Shown here in pieces: positions 55,004-64,000 of a stretch of 64,000 nt of DNA. Positions within the stretch are counted from its first letter, which is position 1. Each line of letters opens with the position of its first letter. Below the pieces are notes generated by a model. The model did not search any database and was not told where the DNA came from. It saw only the letters and a list, made by a program, of their open reading frames with translations. A program made the translations under genes and the position numbers. The stretch comes from an uncultured Actinomycetes bacterium (GTDB taxonomy: Bacteria; Actinomycetota; Thermoleophilia; Gaiellales; Gaiellaceae): NCBI GenBank assembly GCA_963767525.1, contig CAVYEH010000002.1, forward strand, positions 58,149-122,148. The letters run 5' to 3'.

Positions 55004-55068
55004 GCGTAGGCTCGACGTGAGCTCACGGAGGAGCGGAGGCGCCGACCTGGGTGGCGACGGAGCGGGAA

Positions 55069-55506
55069 ATGACCCAGACAGTCGTAATCGGCGTCGGGAA
55101 CGCTCTGCGCGGCGATGACGCCGCCGGAGTCGAGGTTGCGTCGCGGCTCGGCGGCCTGGCATGTGACGAGGAGCCGAGCCGCCTCATCGAGGCGTGGGAG
55201 GGAGCCGACGCCGCCGTGCTCGTCGACACCGTCGTCTCGGACGCGGCGCCCGGGACGATCCACCGCTTCGACGCGAGCGACGAGCCGATCCCCGCGCGAG
55301 CGCTGCGCTCGTCCACACACGCGATCGGCCTTGCGGAGACGATCGAGCTCGCGCGGGCGCTCGGCCGGCTCCCGAAGAGCGTCGTCGTCTACGGGATCGA
55401 AGGCGCGAGCTTCGAAGCCGGCGCGCCGCTCAGTCCCGCCGTCGAAGATGCTGTGAGCCGGCTCGTGGCGACTATCGAGGAGGAGATATGCACGAACGCG
55501 CCCTGA
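55069..55506 (+). CDS. Hydrogenase maturation endopeptidase (HoxW/HycI family)
   Basis: MTQTVVIGVGNALRGDDAAGVEVA... typical HycI N-terminus. Confidence 0.75.
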   Translation: MTQTVVIGVGNALRGDDAAGVEVASRLGGLACDEEPSRLIEAWEGADAAVLVDTVVSDAAPGTIHRFDASDEPIPARALRSSTHAIGLAETIELARALGRLPKSVVVYGIEGASFEAGAPLSPAVEDAVSRLVATIEEEICTNAP

Positions 55507-55760
55507 TGAACGACCTCATGCGCGAGATCGAGAACGTCGCGCGCGTCGACGGCGCGACGCGCGTCACGAAGATCGAGGTGCGCCTCGGCGCGCTGTCGCA
55601 TTTCACGCCGGAGCACTTCCGCGAGCACTTCGTCGACGCGTCGCGCGGCACACTCGCCGAAGGCGCGGTCGTCGCCGCGACCCTCGCGACGAGCATCGAC
55701 GACCCGCAGGCGGCTGGCGTCGTCCTCGAGAGCGTCGAGGTCGAAGTCCCCGACGCCTGA
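55488..55760 (+). CDS. hypA: HypA-like nickel insertion protein lacking the zinc-finger cysteines
   Basis: MHERALMNDLMREIE N-terminal Ni-binding MHE motif; 90 aa with no Cys. Confidence 0.55.
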   Translation: MHERALMNDLMREIENVARVDGATRVTKIEVRLGALSHFTPEHFREHFVDASRGTLAEGAVVAATLATSIDDPQAAGVVLESVEVEVPDA

Positions 55761-55762
55761 CG

Positions 55763-56773
55763 TCAGCAGATCCGCGGCAGCGGATCGCCGACGAGCATGT
55801 CGACGATCCGGCTCCCGCCGAACGGCGTCTCGGCGAGCACGAGCGGCATGTCGTCCTCACGCACTTCTCCGATGATCGCTGCGCCCGCGCCGAGCGGATG
55901 GCTCTTCAGCGTGGCGAGTGCTTCGTCCGCTGCGTCGGCCGCGACGACGGCGACGAGCTTCCCCTCGTTCGCGACGTAGAGCGGATCGATCCCGAGCACC
56001 TCACACGCGGCGCGAACGTCGTCGCGCACGGGGATCGCCGCCTCCTCGAGCGCAACGGTCATCGCTGCGCCCGACGACAGCTCGTTGAGGGTTGTCGCAA
56101 CGCCACCGCGCGTCGGGTCGCGCATCCAGCGGACGTCGCCGCCGAGCGCATAGAGGAGCGCCGCGAGCTCGTGAAGCGGCGCCGTGTCGCTCTCGACATC
56201 GAGCTCGAGCGCGAGATTGCCGCGCGCCATCATCACCGCGATCCCGTGCTCGGCGATGCCGCCGGAGACCAGCACCTTGTCCCCCGGCTCGACGCGCTCG
56301 GGACCGAGCTCGACGCGCGGATCGACGAGCCCGACACCGGCGGTCGTGACGTACAAGCCGTCCGCCGCGCCGCGCTCGACGACCTTCGTGTCGCCGGCCG
56401 CGATCGAGACGTTGGCGCCCGCGGCCGCGCGCGCGACCGACCGCGCAATCCCGCGCAGGTCGTCGAGCGGGAGCCCCTCCTCGATGACGAATCCCGCCGT
56501 GAGCGCGATGGGCACGGCTCCGGAGACGGCGAGGTCGTTGACGGTGCCGTTCACCGCGAGCTCGCCGATGTCCCCGCCGGGAAAGACGAGCGGGCGCACG
56601 ACGTACGAGTCGGTCGTCACGGCGAGCCGGGCGCCACCGGCTGTGAGATACGCGGCGTCCGCGAGCGGCTCGAGCAGCGGGTTCCGCAGCTCCGGGAGGA
56701 AGAGCTCTTCGACGAGTCGCCGCGACGCCTTCCCGCCGGCGCCGTGGGCGAGCGTGACGACGTCGTCGCTCAT
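55763..56773 (-). CDS. hypE: Hydrogenase maturation protein HypE
   Basis: MSDDVVTLAHGAGGK..., C-terminal ...PRIC cysteine; PurM-like fold. Confidence 0.85.
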   Translation of the reverse strand: MSDDVVTLAHGAGGKASRRLVEELFLPELRNPLLEPLADAAYLTAGGARLAVTTDSYVVRPLVFPGGDIGELAVNGTVNDLAVSGAVPIALTAGFVIEEGLPLDDLRGIARSVARAAAGANVSIAAGDTKVVERGAADGLYVTTAGVGLVDPRVELGPERVEPGDKVLVSGGIAEHGIAVMMARGNLALELDVESDTAPLHELAALLYALGGDVRWMRDPTRGGVATTLNELSSGAAMTVALEEAAIPVRDDVRAACEVLGIDPLYVANEGKLVAVVAADAADEALATLKSHPLGAGAAIIGEVREDDMPLVLAETPFGGSRIVDMLVGDPLPRIC

Positions 56774-57885
56774 GCGGGCGTCTTCGCGCGGTGCCGGCCG
56801 TACGCGTAGTACGCAGCGCACGCGCCTTCGGCCGAGACCATGCACGTGCCGAGCGGCTTCTCCGGCGTGCACGCGGTGCCGAACACGCCGCACTCGTACG
56901 GCTTCGCCATGCCGCGCAGGACGTCTCCGCACCGGCACGCCTTCGGATCCTCGATCCGCGCGCCCGGCACCTCGAAGCGGTTCTCTGCGTCCCAGTCCGC
57001 GAACTCGTCACCGATGCGGAACCCGCTGTGCGGGATGACGCCCAGGCCGCGCCACTCGAAGTCCTCGCGCACCGTGAAAACCCGCTCGAGCGCGGCGAGC
57101 GCCGCGGGATTGCCGTCGTCACGCACGACGCGGCCGTACTGGTTCTCGACCGCGGCGCGACCTTCCCGGAGCTGGTGGAGGAGCCGCGCGACGGCCTGGA
57201 GCATGTCGGTCGGCTCGAAGCCGGAGACGACGACGGGACGGTGGTACTCCTCGGCGATGAAGTCATACGGCCGCGTCCCGATCACGGTCGAGACATGGCC
57301 CGGCCCGATGAAGCCGTCGATCTCCGTGTCGGGGGAGTCGAGGATCGCACGGAGCGCCGGCGCGACGAGCACGTGGTTCGCGAACACCGAGAAGTTGCGG
57401 ACATCGAGCTCCTTCGCGCGGATGAGCGTCAGCGCGATCGCCGGTGCGGTCGTCTCGAAGCCGACGCCGAAGAAGACGACCTCGCGCTCCGGCTCTGCCT
57501 GAGCGAGAGCGAGCGCGTCGAGCGGCGAGTAGACGATGCGCACGTCGGCGCCGCGCGCCTTCGCCTCGAGGAGCGAACGGCGCCGCCCGCCAGGCACGCG
57601 CAGCATGTCGCCGAAGCTCGTGAACGTCACCTCGGGACGCTCGGCGATCGTGATCGCGTCGTCCACGCGTCCCATCGGGATCACGCAGACCGGGCAGCCG
57701 GGGCCGTGCACGAGCTCGACCTCGGGCGGGAGGAGTGTGTCGATGCCGTGCCGGTAGATCGCGTGCGTGTGGCCGCCGCAGACCTCCATGAGCTTCACGT
57801 GCGAGCCGGGCTCGACGAGCGTCGTGAGCTCGGCTGCGATCGCTGCCGCGGCCTCCGGGTTGCGGTACTCGTCGACGTATCTCAC
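56770..57885 (-). CDS. hypD: Hydrogenase maturation protein HypD
   Basis: VRYVDEYRN, CGGHT, GPGCPVC, FETTAP, CPVC motifs. Confidence 0.85.
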   Translation of the reverse strand: MRYVDEYRNPEAAAAIAAELTTLVEPGSHVKLMEVCGGHTHAIYRHGIDTLLPPEVELVHGPGCPVCVIPMGRVDDAITIAERPEVTFTSFGDMLRVPGGRRRSLLEAKARGADVRIVYSPLDALALAQAEPEREVVFFGVGFETTAPAIALTLIRAKELDVRNFSVFANHVLVAPALRAILDSPDTEIDGFIGPGHVSTVIGTRPYDFIAEEYHRPVVVSGFEPTDMLQAVARLLHQLREGRAAVENQYGRVVRDDGNPAALAALERVFTVREDFEWRGLGVIPHSGFRIGDEFADWDAENRFEVPGARIEDPKACRCGDVLRGMAKPYECGVFGTACTPEKPLGTCMVSAEGACAAYYAYGRHRAKTPA

Positions 57886-58127
57886 GTTGTCGCCTCCTGG
57901 GCCGCCAGCTCCGCCTCGATCGCTTCGCCGAGCAGGTCGATCGTCGCCTTCGCCTGCTCCTCGTCGACCTGCGCGAGCGCGAAGCCGACGTGGACGAGCA
58001 CCCAGTCGCCGACTCCGGCTTCGGGCGTGAACATGACGTTGACCGAGCGCTTGACGCCGCCGAAGTCGACCTTTCCAAGGCCGTCTTCCTGCAGCTCGAC
58101 GAGCTGGCCGGGGATCGCTAGGCACAT
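57882..58127 (-). CDS. hypC: Hydrogenase maturation protein HypC
   Basis: MCLAIPG N-terminus. Confidence 0.85.
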   Translation of the reverse strand: MCLAIPGQLVELQEDGLGKVDFGGVKRSVNVMFTPEAGVGDWVLVHVGFALAQVDEEQAKATIDLLGEAIEAELAAQEATT

Positions 58128-60304
58128 GAGAGCCTCCTCGCGGCAATCGCCGCCTGTCCGAAGCTGATGCCCCCGTCGTTCGCGGGGACGAGCCGGTGCT
58201 CGAGCACACGAAAGCCTGCCTCCTCGAGGCGCGCGCGTGTCGAGCGCGCGAGCCTACGGTTCTGGAACGAGCCGCCCGAGAGGACGACCGTGCCGCCGCC
58301 GTGCGCGCGGCACGCGTCGGCTGCTGCCGCGGCCACGGTCTCGTGGAACGCCGCCGCAATCTCCTCTCGCGCACGCCCTTCGCAAACCAGCAAGTAACAC
58401 TGTGTTACAAGGTCGGTTGTCGCTCCGAACTGCCACGGAAGCGGCTCTGCGGGCGTGTCGCCGGCGAGGAGCTCGAGCTCGATAGCCGCTTGGCCCTCGT
58501 ACGAGATGCGTTCGCGCACACCGAGGAGCGCGGCGACCGCGTCGAAGAGGCGGCCCATGCCCGAGGCGAGCGGCGCATTCACGGCGAGACTCTCCCGCAC
58601 CTGCGCCCACGCTGTCCAGGGAACGGGCAGACCGGCGCGGTCGAGATGCGCAGCCGCGATGCGCCACGGCTCGCGCACGGCGGCCTCGCCGCCGGGCAGC
58701 GGTATCGGATCGAGCCACGCGAGCCGCTCGTAGCTTTCGAGGTCGGCGCGCAGGAGCTCTCCGCCCCAGAGCGTCCCGTCGGGCCCGTAGCCGGTGCCGT
58801 CGAAGACGAGCGCGAGCGCCGGTCCGGTCTCGCCGTGCTCGGCGAGGCATGCGGCGGCGTGGGCGTGATGGTGCTGCACCTCGACGAGCGGCAGGCCGAG
58901 CTCGCGCGCCCACTTCGTCGACAGGTACTCCGGATGGAGATCGCACGCGACGGCCTCGGGCTCGACGCGAAGCATCTCGAGGTAGAGGCGCAAGTCCTCG
59001 CGGAACGCGCGGTACGCCGGCTCGGAGTCGAGGTCGCCGAGGTGCGCGGAGAGGAACGCTTCGCGCCCGCGCACGACGCAGAACGTGCTCTTGAGCTCGC
59101 CGCCGGCCGCGACGAGCGGCACCGGCGCTGCGACCGGCAGCGCGAGCGGCTGCGGCGCGTAGCCGCGAGAGCGCCGGAGAACAGCCCCCGCGCGCACGAC
59201 CGAGTCCTCGGCGCGGCGATGGATCGGGCGGTCGTGACCGAGGAACGCGTCGGCAATGTCGCCGAGCCTCCGCCGCGCCTCGGCGTCGTCGAACGCGATC
59301 GGCTCGTCGCTGCGGTTCCCGCTCGTGAGGACGATCGGCTCGCGGAGGTCGTGCCAGAGCAGGTGATGGAGCGGGGTGTAGGGGAGCATCACACCGAGCC
59401 ACGGAGAGCCGGGAGCGACCGACTCGGCGACGTTGGCGTCCGTGCGGCGCACCGCGAGAACGATCGGCCGCGCCGGCGACTCGAGCAGCGCCCGCTCGTC
59501 GGCGTCGAGAACGCAGAGCGCGTCCGGGTCGCCGGTCATGACGGCGAGCGGCTTCTCCTCGCGCTCCTTCCGCGTGCGCAGCCGCGCGACCGCCGCCTCG
59601 TCGCCCGCGAGACAGGCGAGGTGGTAGCCGCCGAGACCCTTCACCGCAACGATCCCGCCGTCGCGCAACACGGCAACTGCATCCTCGAGCGGCATCGACA
59701 ATCGCGGCCCGCACACGGGACATGCGATCGGCTCGGCGTGGAACCGGCGATCCGACGGATCCTCGTACTCGCGCCGGCAGTCGGTGCAGAGCTCGAAGCC
59801 GGCCATCGTCGTGCGCGCGCGGTCGTACGGGACGGAGCGCACGATCGTGAAGCGCGGCCCGCACTGCGTGCAGTTGAGGAACGGGTAGCGGTAGCGCCGG
59901 TCACGCGGATCGAACAGCTCGCGCAAACAGTCTTCGCACGTCGCGACGTCTGGCGGGATCGCGGCCGCGGCCCCGCCGTTGTCGGCGCTGAGCCGGATCG
60001 CGAACGCGTCATCGTGGACAACCGCGACGGGAACGGCGGCGAGCGACTCGACCCGCGCGAGAGGCGGCGCCTCGCTCACGAGCTCCGCGGCGAAGGCATC
60101 GAGCGCGGTCGCAGCGCCTTCCGCCTCGATCACGACCCCGCCACCGTCGTTGAGGACGAAGCCCGCGAGCCCGTGCGCGGACGCCAGCCGGTGGACGAAC
60201 GGCCGGAAGCCCACGCCCTGCACGACTCCCTGCGCCCGAAAGCGGCGACGTTCGACAACCGGTGTCATCGATGAGAGCGTGCCGTCTGGGGCGCTCGGCC
60301 GCAA
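58118..60304 (-). CDS. hypF: Carbamoyltransferase HypF (contains in-frame 21-bp repeat insertion)
   Basis: Acylphosphatase domain, two Zn-finger CxxC pairs, YrdC and Kae1-like domains; LVTQCYL heptapeptide near the C-terminus encoded by the repeat. Confidence 0.85.
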   Translation of the reverse strand: MRPSAPDGTLSSMTPVVERRRFRAQGVVQGVGFRPFVHRLASAHGLAGFVLNDGGGVVIEAEGAATALDAFAAELVSEAPPLARVESLAAVPVAVVHDDAFAIRLSADNGGAAAAIPPDVATCEDCLRELFDPRDRRYRYPFLNCTQCGPRFTIVRSVPYDRARTTMAGFELCTDCRREYEDPSDRRFHAEPIACPVCGPRLSMPLEDAVAVLRDGGIVAVKGLGGYHLACLAGDEAAVARLRTRKEREEKPLAVMTGDPDALCVLDADERALLESPARPIVLAVRRTDANVAESVAPGSPWLGVMLPYTPLHHLLWHDLREPIVLTSGNRSDEPIAFDDAEARRRLGDIADAFLGHDRPIHRRAEDSVVRAGAVLRRSRGYAPQPLALPVAAPVPLVAAGGELKSTFCVVRGREAFLSAHLGDLDSEPAYRAFREDLRLYLEMLRVEPEAVACDLHPEYLSTKWARELGLPLVEVQHHHAHAAACLAEHGETGPALALVFDGTGYGPDGTLWGGELLRADLESYERLAWLDPIPLPGGEAAVREPWRIAAAHLDRAGLPVPWTAWAQVRESLAVNAPLASGMGRLFDAVAALLGVRERISYEGQAAIELELLAGDTPAEPLPWQFGATTDLVTQCYLLVCEGRAREEIAAAFHETVAAAAADACRAHGGGTVVLSGGSFQNRRLARSTRARLEEAGFRVLEHRLVPANDGGISFGQAAIAARRLSCA
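58391..58411 (+). repeat. 21-bp repeat with palindromic core, copy d (CAAGTAACACTGTGTTACAAG)
   Basis: Identical to copy b; lies inside hypF on the opposite strand. Confidence 0.7.
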
Positions 60305-60345
60305 CCGGGGAAGGCACTACAGCGGGGGACGTAGAATCCCTGCAC

Positions 60346-61231
60346 ATGCTTGGTGCAGTCCTCACAGCGATGGTCACGCCGTTCAAGCCGGACGGCTCGG
60401 TCGACGTCGACAGCTTCCGCGAGCTCGCGACGTACCTCGTCGACAACGGCTCCGACGGCGTCGTCGTGTGCGGCACCACGGGCGAGTCGCCGACGCTGAG
60501 CGACAAGGAGAAGCTCCTCCTCTTTGCGGCGGCGCGGGACACGGTTGGCGACCGCGCGACCGTCATCGCCGGCACGGGGACGTACGACACGGCGCACTCC
60601 GTCCATCTCACGCAGCAGGCGGAGCACCTCGGCGTCGACGGCGTTCTCGTCGTGACGCCGTACTACAACAAGCCGCCGCAGCGGGCGATCGTCAAGCACT
60701 TCGAGGCGATCGCGGCGGCGTCCGACCTTCCGATCATCGCGTACAACATCCCCGGCCGCGTCATCGTGAACATCGAGCCGATCACGATCTCGCGCCTCGC
60801 GGAGATCGACACCGTCGTCGCCGTGAAGCAGGCGCACGACAACCTCGACGAGGCGCGCTTCATCGCCGACCAGACGCGCCTCGACCTCTACTCCGGGGAC
60901 GATCCGAACACGCTCGCGTTCCTCGATGTCGGCGCGAAGGGCGTCGTCTCGGTCACGGCGCACCTGTGGGGGAACGCAGATCGCCGAGATGATCCGCCTC
61001 CACGGTGCCGGCGACTACGCGGGCGCGCGCGCTCTCGACGCCGAGATGGAGCCGTCCTACGAGCTGCTGCGGGTGCAGGTGAACCCGATCCCGATCAAGG
61101 CGGCGCTCAACCTCATGGGCCATGCGGTCGGCGGCCACCGCCTGCCGATGGTCGAGCCGACGAAGGACGAGCTAGGCGAGATCCGCACGTGCCTCGAGCG
61201 CGCCGGCCTCGTCGCCGCAACGTCCGCCTGA
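60346..61231 (+). CDS. dapA: 4-hydroxy-tetrahydrodipicolinate synthase (frameshift ~60975)
   Basis: …TPFKPDGSVD…GTTGES…KQA…; C-terminus in the 60926 frame. Confidence 0.85.
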
Positions 61232-62890
61232 TGGGCGTTTGCCGGATCATCCCGCTCGGCGGCCTCGGCGAGGTCGGCAAGAACATGACCGTGTACGAGG
61301 CCGACGGCGCGATCGTCGTCGTCGACGCCGGTCTGGCGTTCCCGCGCGACGAGCACCTCGGCGTCGACCTCGTCCTGCCCGACTTCTCGTACCTGCGCGA
61401 GCGCGAGGAGATGGTGCGCGCCGTCATCCTCACGCATGGCCACGAAGACCACGTCGGCTCGCTTCCGTACCTCATGCGCGAGGTGCAGGTGCCGCTCGTC
61501 ATCGCGACGCGCCTCACGCTCGCGCTCGTCAAGTCGAAGCTCGACGAGCACGGCCTCGCCCAAGCCGCCGAGCTGCGCGAGCTCATGCCGGGAGACGATC
61601 CGCAGCAGGTCGGCCCGTTCCGCATCGAGATGGTGCGGATGGCGCACTCGATCCCCGACTCGGCCGCCGTCGTCCTCGAGACGCCCGGCGGGCGCTGCGT
61701 CCACACGGGCGACTACAAGCTCGACCACACGCCGGTCGACGGCCAGCGCACCGACGTCGGCCGCCTCGCCGAGATCGGCAGCCAGGGAGTCGACCTGCTC
61801 CTCGGCGACTCGACGAACGCCGAGCGCGCGGGCGTGACGCAGTCGGAGCGCGTCGTCGGCGAGGCATTCCGCCAGATCTTCCCGCAGCGCACCGGCCGGA
61901 TCATCGTCTCGTCGTTCGCGTCGAACGTCCACCGCATGCAGCAGGCCGCCGATGTCGGCGTGAGCTGCGGCCGCAAGGTCGCGTTCGTCGGCCGCTCGAT
62001 GCGGAAGAACGGGAACATCGCGCGCAGCCTCGGCTACATGGACATTCCCGACCACGCGATCCTCAACCCGAAGAATCTCGCCGACCTGCCGCGCGACCAG
62101 CAGCTCATCCTCTGCACCGGCAGCCAGGGCGAGCCGATGTCGGCCATGACCCGCATCGCGTACAACGACCACGGCCAGGTCAAGGTCGAGGCCGGCGACA
62201 CGGTGATCATCTCCGCGAAGCCGATCCCGGGGAACGAGCTGCGCGTCCACGACGCGATCAACCGCCTCGCGAAGATGGGCGCCGAGGTGCTGCACGAGGA
62301 CAACGCGCCCGTGCACGTCTCCGGCCACGGCAAGGCGGAGGAGCTGCGCACGATCATCGGCCTCACGCGCCCGAAGGCGGTGATGCCGATGCACGGCGAG
62401 TTCCGGATGCTCGCCGCGCACGCGCAGATCGCGCGCGAGGGCGGCGTTCCCGACGACCGCATCATCATGGCCGAGAACGGCACGGTCGTCGAGCTACGCG
62501 ATGGTGTTCCGAACGATCGTCGACGAGGTTCCGGCCGGGATGACGTTCGTCGACGGCCTGGGAGTGGGGGACGTCCACGACGTCGCGCTCCGCGACCGGC
62601 GGCGGCTCGCCGAGGACGGCGTCCTCATCGTCGTCGCGACGGTGGCGATCGACGACGACGAGGGCCTGACCGCGCCGCCGGAGCTCATTGCGCGCGGCTT
62701 CGGCGAGGGGGCCGAGCCACTCCTCGAGGAGCTGCGCGAAGAAGCGAACCGCGTCCTCCGCGACCTGCTCGAAGGCGACGTGACCGAGATCAAGCTCCTC
62801 CAAGAGCACCTGCATGAAGCGCTCGGGAAGATCGTCTACAACCGCACGCGCCGACGCCCGATGATCCTGCCGGTCATTGTCGAGGTCTGA
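61231..62890 (+). CDS. rnj: Ribonuclease J (frameshift ~62505)
   Basis: Metallo-beta-lactamase HGHEDH, beta-CASP, RNase J C-terminal domain; ATG overlaps the dapA stop. Confidence 0.85.
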
Positions 62891-63404
62891 GCGTCAGCAA
62901 GAGCCAGTCGTCCTCGGAAAAGCGCCGGCCGGCGGCGGGGCGTTGGGTTTTGACGACGTATGCGGCGAAGAGGCTTGGCGCGGTCGATCCGTTGAGCGGC
63001 GCGAAGCGCATACTCGAATAGCCGAGATGGTGCCGGTCGAGCCAGCGCCTCGCGACGGCGAGCGAGCGGCCGGTGAAATCCGGGAGGCGGTAGTGCTTCG
63101 GAGGCTGATTCCCGTAAACCGGAGAGCCGCTGGGGCCGCCCATGGGGACGAGCGTGACGGTGCTACCCGGCGCTACGCGAGTCCCTGCAGACGGGATCGC
63201 TTTCGAGATCCCGTCAGGGAGGTAGCTCGCCAAGACGAACGGGTCGCTGACCGAGACTCGGAACCCCTTCGACCGGAGAAGCGCGTAAGCCTGCTCGATC
63301 GTGCGGTTTCCCATATCCGGGACTGCGACGCCGCTCGACCCGCCGCACCCCGCGAGGGCGAGCGTCACAACCGCGAGGAGGAGCAGCTTCGCCTTCACCG
63401 TCAT
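62874..63404 (-). CDS. Lipoprotein with PASTA-like domains
   Basis: Lipobox LALAGC; …VPDMGNRTIEQAYALLRSKGFRV…GSTVTLV… PASTA-like repeats. Confidence 0.5.
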   Translation of the reverse strand: MTVKAKLLLLAVVTLALAGCGGSSGVAVPDMGNRTIEQAYALLRSKGFRVSVSDPFVLASYLPDGISKAIPSAGTRVAPGSTVTLVPMGGPSGSPVYGNQPPKHYRLPDFTGRSLAVARRWLDRHHLGYSSMRFAPLNGSTAPSLFAAYVVKTQRPAAGRRFSEDDWLLLTLRPRQ

Positions 63405-63413
63405 CGTCGCCGT

Positions 63414-64000
63414 CTAGCGTGCGTTCCAGCTGGCGCGGCAGGGGCCGTGCACGATCACGTGCGGCTTCCCGCCCGCGAAGGGAATCGTCTCGACGACGCC
63501 GTACGGTAGGCCCAGCCCGCCGCAGCCGATCGCCGCGAGCACTGTGCGGCCGTCTGTGCTGAGCCCTTGCGCGAACAGGTCGCCGACCCACGGAGTCAGG
63601 GGACGTGCGTCGCCGGTGGCCACGTCGACCGCCCAGAGGCGCCCGTTGTGTGTCGCCGGATTCGCTGCGAGGAGCTTCTTGCCGTCCGCGGAGAAGACGA
63701 TCGGCCAAGCGCCCGAGCGTGTGTGGGTCAGCTGCCGGATGTGGTGCGGCGTCCCATCGCTGAGCCATATGTCCGAGAACGCGCCGTGCGTGAAGTGAAT
63801 GAACGCGATGCCGCGCTTACCCCACACGGGTGCGCCGCTCTTGTGGTCGTACGTGAGCCGTACGGGCGTCCCTCCGCGCGTCGGAACGACGTACAAGTCG
63901 TCGCCTCTGTGGTCGCCCGCGGTGTAGACGATCTTGCGGGAATCCGGCGAGAAGAAGTGCCACGAGCTGGCGTTCGCGGCCAAGACCTTGGCGTGGAGCG
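63414..64000 (-). CDS. TolB-like beta-propeller (PD40/WD40-like) protein, 5'-partial at window end
   Basis: Repeated …DG..IVF/LAF… PD40-like blades; ORF open to the window end. Confidence 0.5.
   Translation of the reverse strand, partial: LHAKVLAANASSWHFFSPDSRKIVYTAGDHRGDDLYVVPTRGGTPVRLTYDHKSGAPVWGKRGIAFIHFTHGAFSDIWLSDGTPHHIRQLTHTRSGAWPIVFSADGKKLLAANPATHNGRLWAVDVATGDARPLTPWVGDLFAQGLSTDGRTVLAAIGCGGLGLPYGVVETIPFAGGKPHVIVHGPCRASWNAR

Overview
High-GC (~70%) actinobacterial-type chromosomal window, gene order mycobacterium-like. Backbone is mostly housekeeping. (1) A pyrimidine operon pyrR-pyrB-pyrC-carA-carB-pyrK-pyrD followed by mihF-gmk-rpoZ-coaBC. (2) A rimP-nusA-ylxR-infB-DUF503 ... rbfA-nrnA-truB-ribF-rpsO-pnp-M16 peptidase-dapB block and a later dapA-rnj pair. 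(3) An OpuC-like osmoprotectant ABC transporter, egtB/egtD, and a group-3 (HyhBGSL-like) [NiFe]-hydrogenase with hoxW/hypA and a divergent hypFCDE maturation set. Accessory content sits at the 5' end: a tRNA-Arg, and a 2.2-kb IS1595-family-like element with 21/22-bp terminal inverted repeats and an 8-bp target duplication. The element carries a frameshift-ridden transposase plus a 221-aa passenger ORF. It has landed exactly in the -35 region of a promoter with two LexA (Cheo) boxes that drives a small LysM protein (YneA/ChiZ-like). A separate oddity is a 21-bp repeat with a 15-bp palindromic core (CAAGTAACACTGTGTTACAAG) present four times, each time as an in-frame insertion inside a conserved gene (pyrK twice, hypF, a beta-lactamase-family gene). 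Caveat: at least ~25 single-base frameshifts, those traced being insertions, interrupt conserved and essential genes (carB, infB, pnp, rpsO, dapA, dapB, rnj, hydrogenase subunits). That pattern points to an indel-error-prone assembly, so pseudogene calls cannot be trusted without resequencing.
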